A stretch of 64,000 bases of DNA from an uncultured Candidatus Saccharibacteria bacterium (GTDB lineage Bacteria > Patescibacteriota > Minisyncoccia > Phycocordibacterales > UBA9973): the NCBI GenBank assembly GCA_964482735.1, contig CAYZYV010000002.1, positions 86,061 through 150,060 of the forward strand. The letters are read 5' to 3'. Positions 62,102 through 64,000 of the stretch are shown piece after piece (the stretch's first letter is position 1; each line of letters begins with the position of its first letter). Position numbers and translations under genes: made by a program. Below the pieces are notes generated by a model, which was not told the origin of the DNA, searched no databases, and worked only from the letters and a program-made list of their open reading frames with translations.

Positions 62102-63961
62102 TTATTCTTCTTCCGTTTCTTCAAAAACTTCCTCTAATTTTTTTTGCCTTTCTTCCCTAAACGCTTTAGCTTGGCTTTCATACATAGAAGCATATTCTCC
62201 TTTTTTCTCTAGTAGTTCAATATGACTACCTATTTCTACTAACTCACCCTCACTAAGAACAATTATTTTATCAAGATTTTGCGTCGTGTTAAATCTATGC
62301 GTAATAACTATTAGTGTTTTACCAACTGACGCACTAATCATCTGATTAAAGATATATTCTTCTGCCAGAGCATCAATCGAAGCTGTTGGTTCATCAAGAA
62401 TAGTTATGAGACCTTCTCGGTAAATTATTCTAGCAAGTGCCATTTTTTGTTGTTGCCCCTTTGAAAGTTCTGTTCCGTTTTCAAATTCTCTTCCTAGCTG
62501 TTGATCAAATCCATCTTTAAATTCTGAGATAAATTCATTGGCATCAGAAACTTCTGCTGCTTTTTTAACTTTACTTTTATCAACCTCTTGATCGGTTCTT
62601 CCCATAGAGATAGATTCTTCAACTGAGAAATCATAAGATAGATAGTCCTGAAGCAAGATAGCGAGATAAGACCCCCATTCGTTACTATCTATATCTTTCA
62701 AATTAATTCCATCTATAAATATGTCTCCCTCTGTAGGGTCATAAATTCTTGCAAGTAATTTTACAAGAGTTGACTTACCTGCACCGTTCTTTCCCACAAG
62801 AGCAATCTTTTCTCCAGGTTTAATTACAAAACTAACATTTTTAAGAATATCTTTTGTCCCACCGCTATACCTAAAACTGACATTTTTAAATTCAATCAAC
62901 GGAGATTTTACAAGATCCAAAGCGGTCGGATTTTTTGTTTTACTAATAAATGGTTTAGTATCGAGAACTTCAAAAATTTCATTTACGTATAAGTTTCTTT
63001 CAAATTGTCTTGAGAAATCTTGAAGTATCGAATTTATTGATCCAACAAGTTGTCCTAAAATACTCATCAAGAAAACCATCGATCCAACAGATTCGCTACC
63101 ACCAGACACTTTTCCTATAATCAGATAAAATCCAATTCCTACCCCCGCCGCACTGATAATACTTGCTAAAGATGACCACCAAAGGTTTCTACGATCAACC
63201 TTTAATTGATCTTTTCTGAAGGCCCCAAGTATTTCATCTGCAATGTTCACAAGCTTATCTGATGCTTGTAATATCTTGGCTTGGATTATTCCTGTTTTTC
63301 CAGTTATATGATTACGAACATGCTGATATCTTTTTTGTCTTGAACTATTTTCAGCCCAAATACTCCATGTTTTGGAACCATATTTCAAACTCACGATAAA
63401 AGATGGTATGGACGAAACTATCACAACTAAATAAATCCACAAAGATAATCTAGTAGCAATTACAGAAGTCAACAAGAATGTAGCCATACTACCTATTGCA
63501 GCAATCTGAAGTTCTGTTAATTCCAAAACTGGCCAAATACTTCTACGAAAAGCTCTCGTTAGCAGATTTTGAAATTCAGGATTTTCATAGTGACCCAAAT
63601 CTATTTCTGCTCTTTTCTTTAGTACAAGCACTTCGAATTCTTGCTCCGTTTTAGCTGACCATATCTTATAAACATAAGTATATCCAGCAGATAAAACTTT
63701 TGTTATAGACCAAACTCCAGCATAAAGAATAACTAACCAAATAGCGATCTCTCCTCCAGAAAGACTTCCGACAACGGAGTTAACCACGTCTCCCATTATT
63801 TTTGACTGCCAAACAGGTAAAACATATGTCGATATGGTTAAAATAATCAAAAAGGCTGTTGACCATTTCGCATATTTAAAACAAATCAGCAAAGACCTGA
63901 TTATGTTTTTTATAAAATTCTTTTTCTTGTTTTGTTTTTCTTCTGGGGTGTTAATAGCCAT
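62102..63961 (-). CDS. ABC transporter, fused permease/ATP-binding protein
   Basis: N-terminal TM domain; GKNGAGKST, LSKGQQQK, ILDEPT, ITHR. Confidence 0.93.
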   Translation of the reverse strand: MAINTPEEKQNKKKNFIKNIIRSLLICFKYAKWSTAFLIILTISTYVLPVWQSKIMGDVVNSVVGSLSGGEIAIWLVILYAGVWSITKVLSAGYTYVYKIWSAKTEQEFEVLVLKKRAEIDLGHYENPEFQNLLTRAFRRSIWPVLELTELQIAAIGSMATFLLTSVIATRLSLWIYLVVIVSSIPSFIVSLKYGSKTWSIWAENSSRQKRYQHVRNHITGKTGIIQAKILQASDKLVNIADEILGAFRKDQLKVDRRNLWWSSLASIISAAGVGIGFYLIIGKVSGGSESVGSMVFLMSILGQLVGSINSILQDFSRQFERNLYVNEIFEVLDTKPFISKTKNPTALDLVKSPLIEFKNVSFRYSGGTKDILKNVSFVIKPGEKIALVGKNGAGKSTLVKLLARIYDPTEGDIFIDGINLKDIDSNEWGSYLAILLQDYLSYDFSVEESISMGRTDQEVDKSKVKKAAEVSDANEFISEFKDGFDQQLGREFENGTELSKGQQQKMALARIIYREGLITILDEPTASIDALAEEYIFNQMISASVGKTLIVITHRFNTTQNLDKIIVLSEGELVEIGSHIELLEKKGEYASMYESQAKAFREERQKKLEEVFEETEEE

Positions 63962-64000
63962 AAAAAATAATCTTATTATAATAAAACGACTTATCAATAA

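Overview
64 kb of a low-GC Patescibacteria (CPR, Parcubacteria-like) chromosome, judged from 16S signatures (GGCGTGGATAAGGCATGC, GTGCCAGCAGGAGCGGTAA), a VirB2-like pilin array and the gene repertoire. Core genes: ftsA (partial), ftsZ, trxB-like, gpmI, mltG, gyrA, pth, rpsA, lepB, hisS, def, fmt, raiA, mscL, rnhB, dnaE, secA, obg. RNA genes: five tRNAs (Val, Ser, Glu, Asn, Lys), RNase P RNA, and a 16S gene with no anti-Shine-Dalgarno tail and no adjacent 23S. A ~14.7 kb island (about 29906-44561) is integrated at the 3' end of tRNA-Asn. It carries a large serine recombinase, a primase-polymerase/helicase, a TerS-like gene, a type I RM system, a GIY-YIG nuclease and a HigB/HigA-peptidase module. 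The most unusual observations: (1) the integrase appears split by its own att site, with a 32-codon in-frame tail stranded at the far end of the island; (2) three island genes have interleaved A-B-A'-B' RNA leaders; (3) 14 start codons lie exactly 6 nt behind a -10 box, implying widespread leaderless translation; (4) a CCCGT...ACGGG miniature element sits on start codons and inside obg; (5) four tRNAs carry modular palindromic tails built from copies of their own 3' ends; (6) two tandem, mutually complementary small RNAs lie between rnpB and 16S. All calls are by eye; no searches or folding programs were run.
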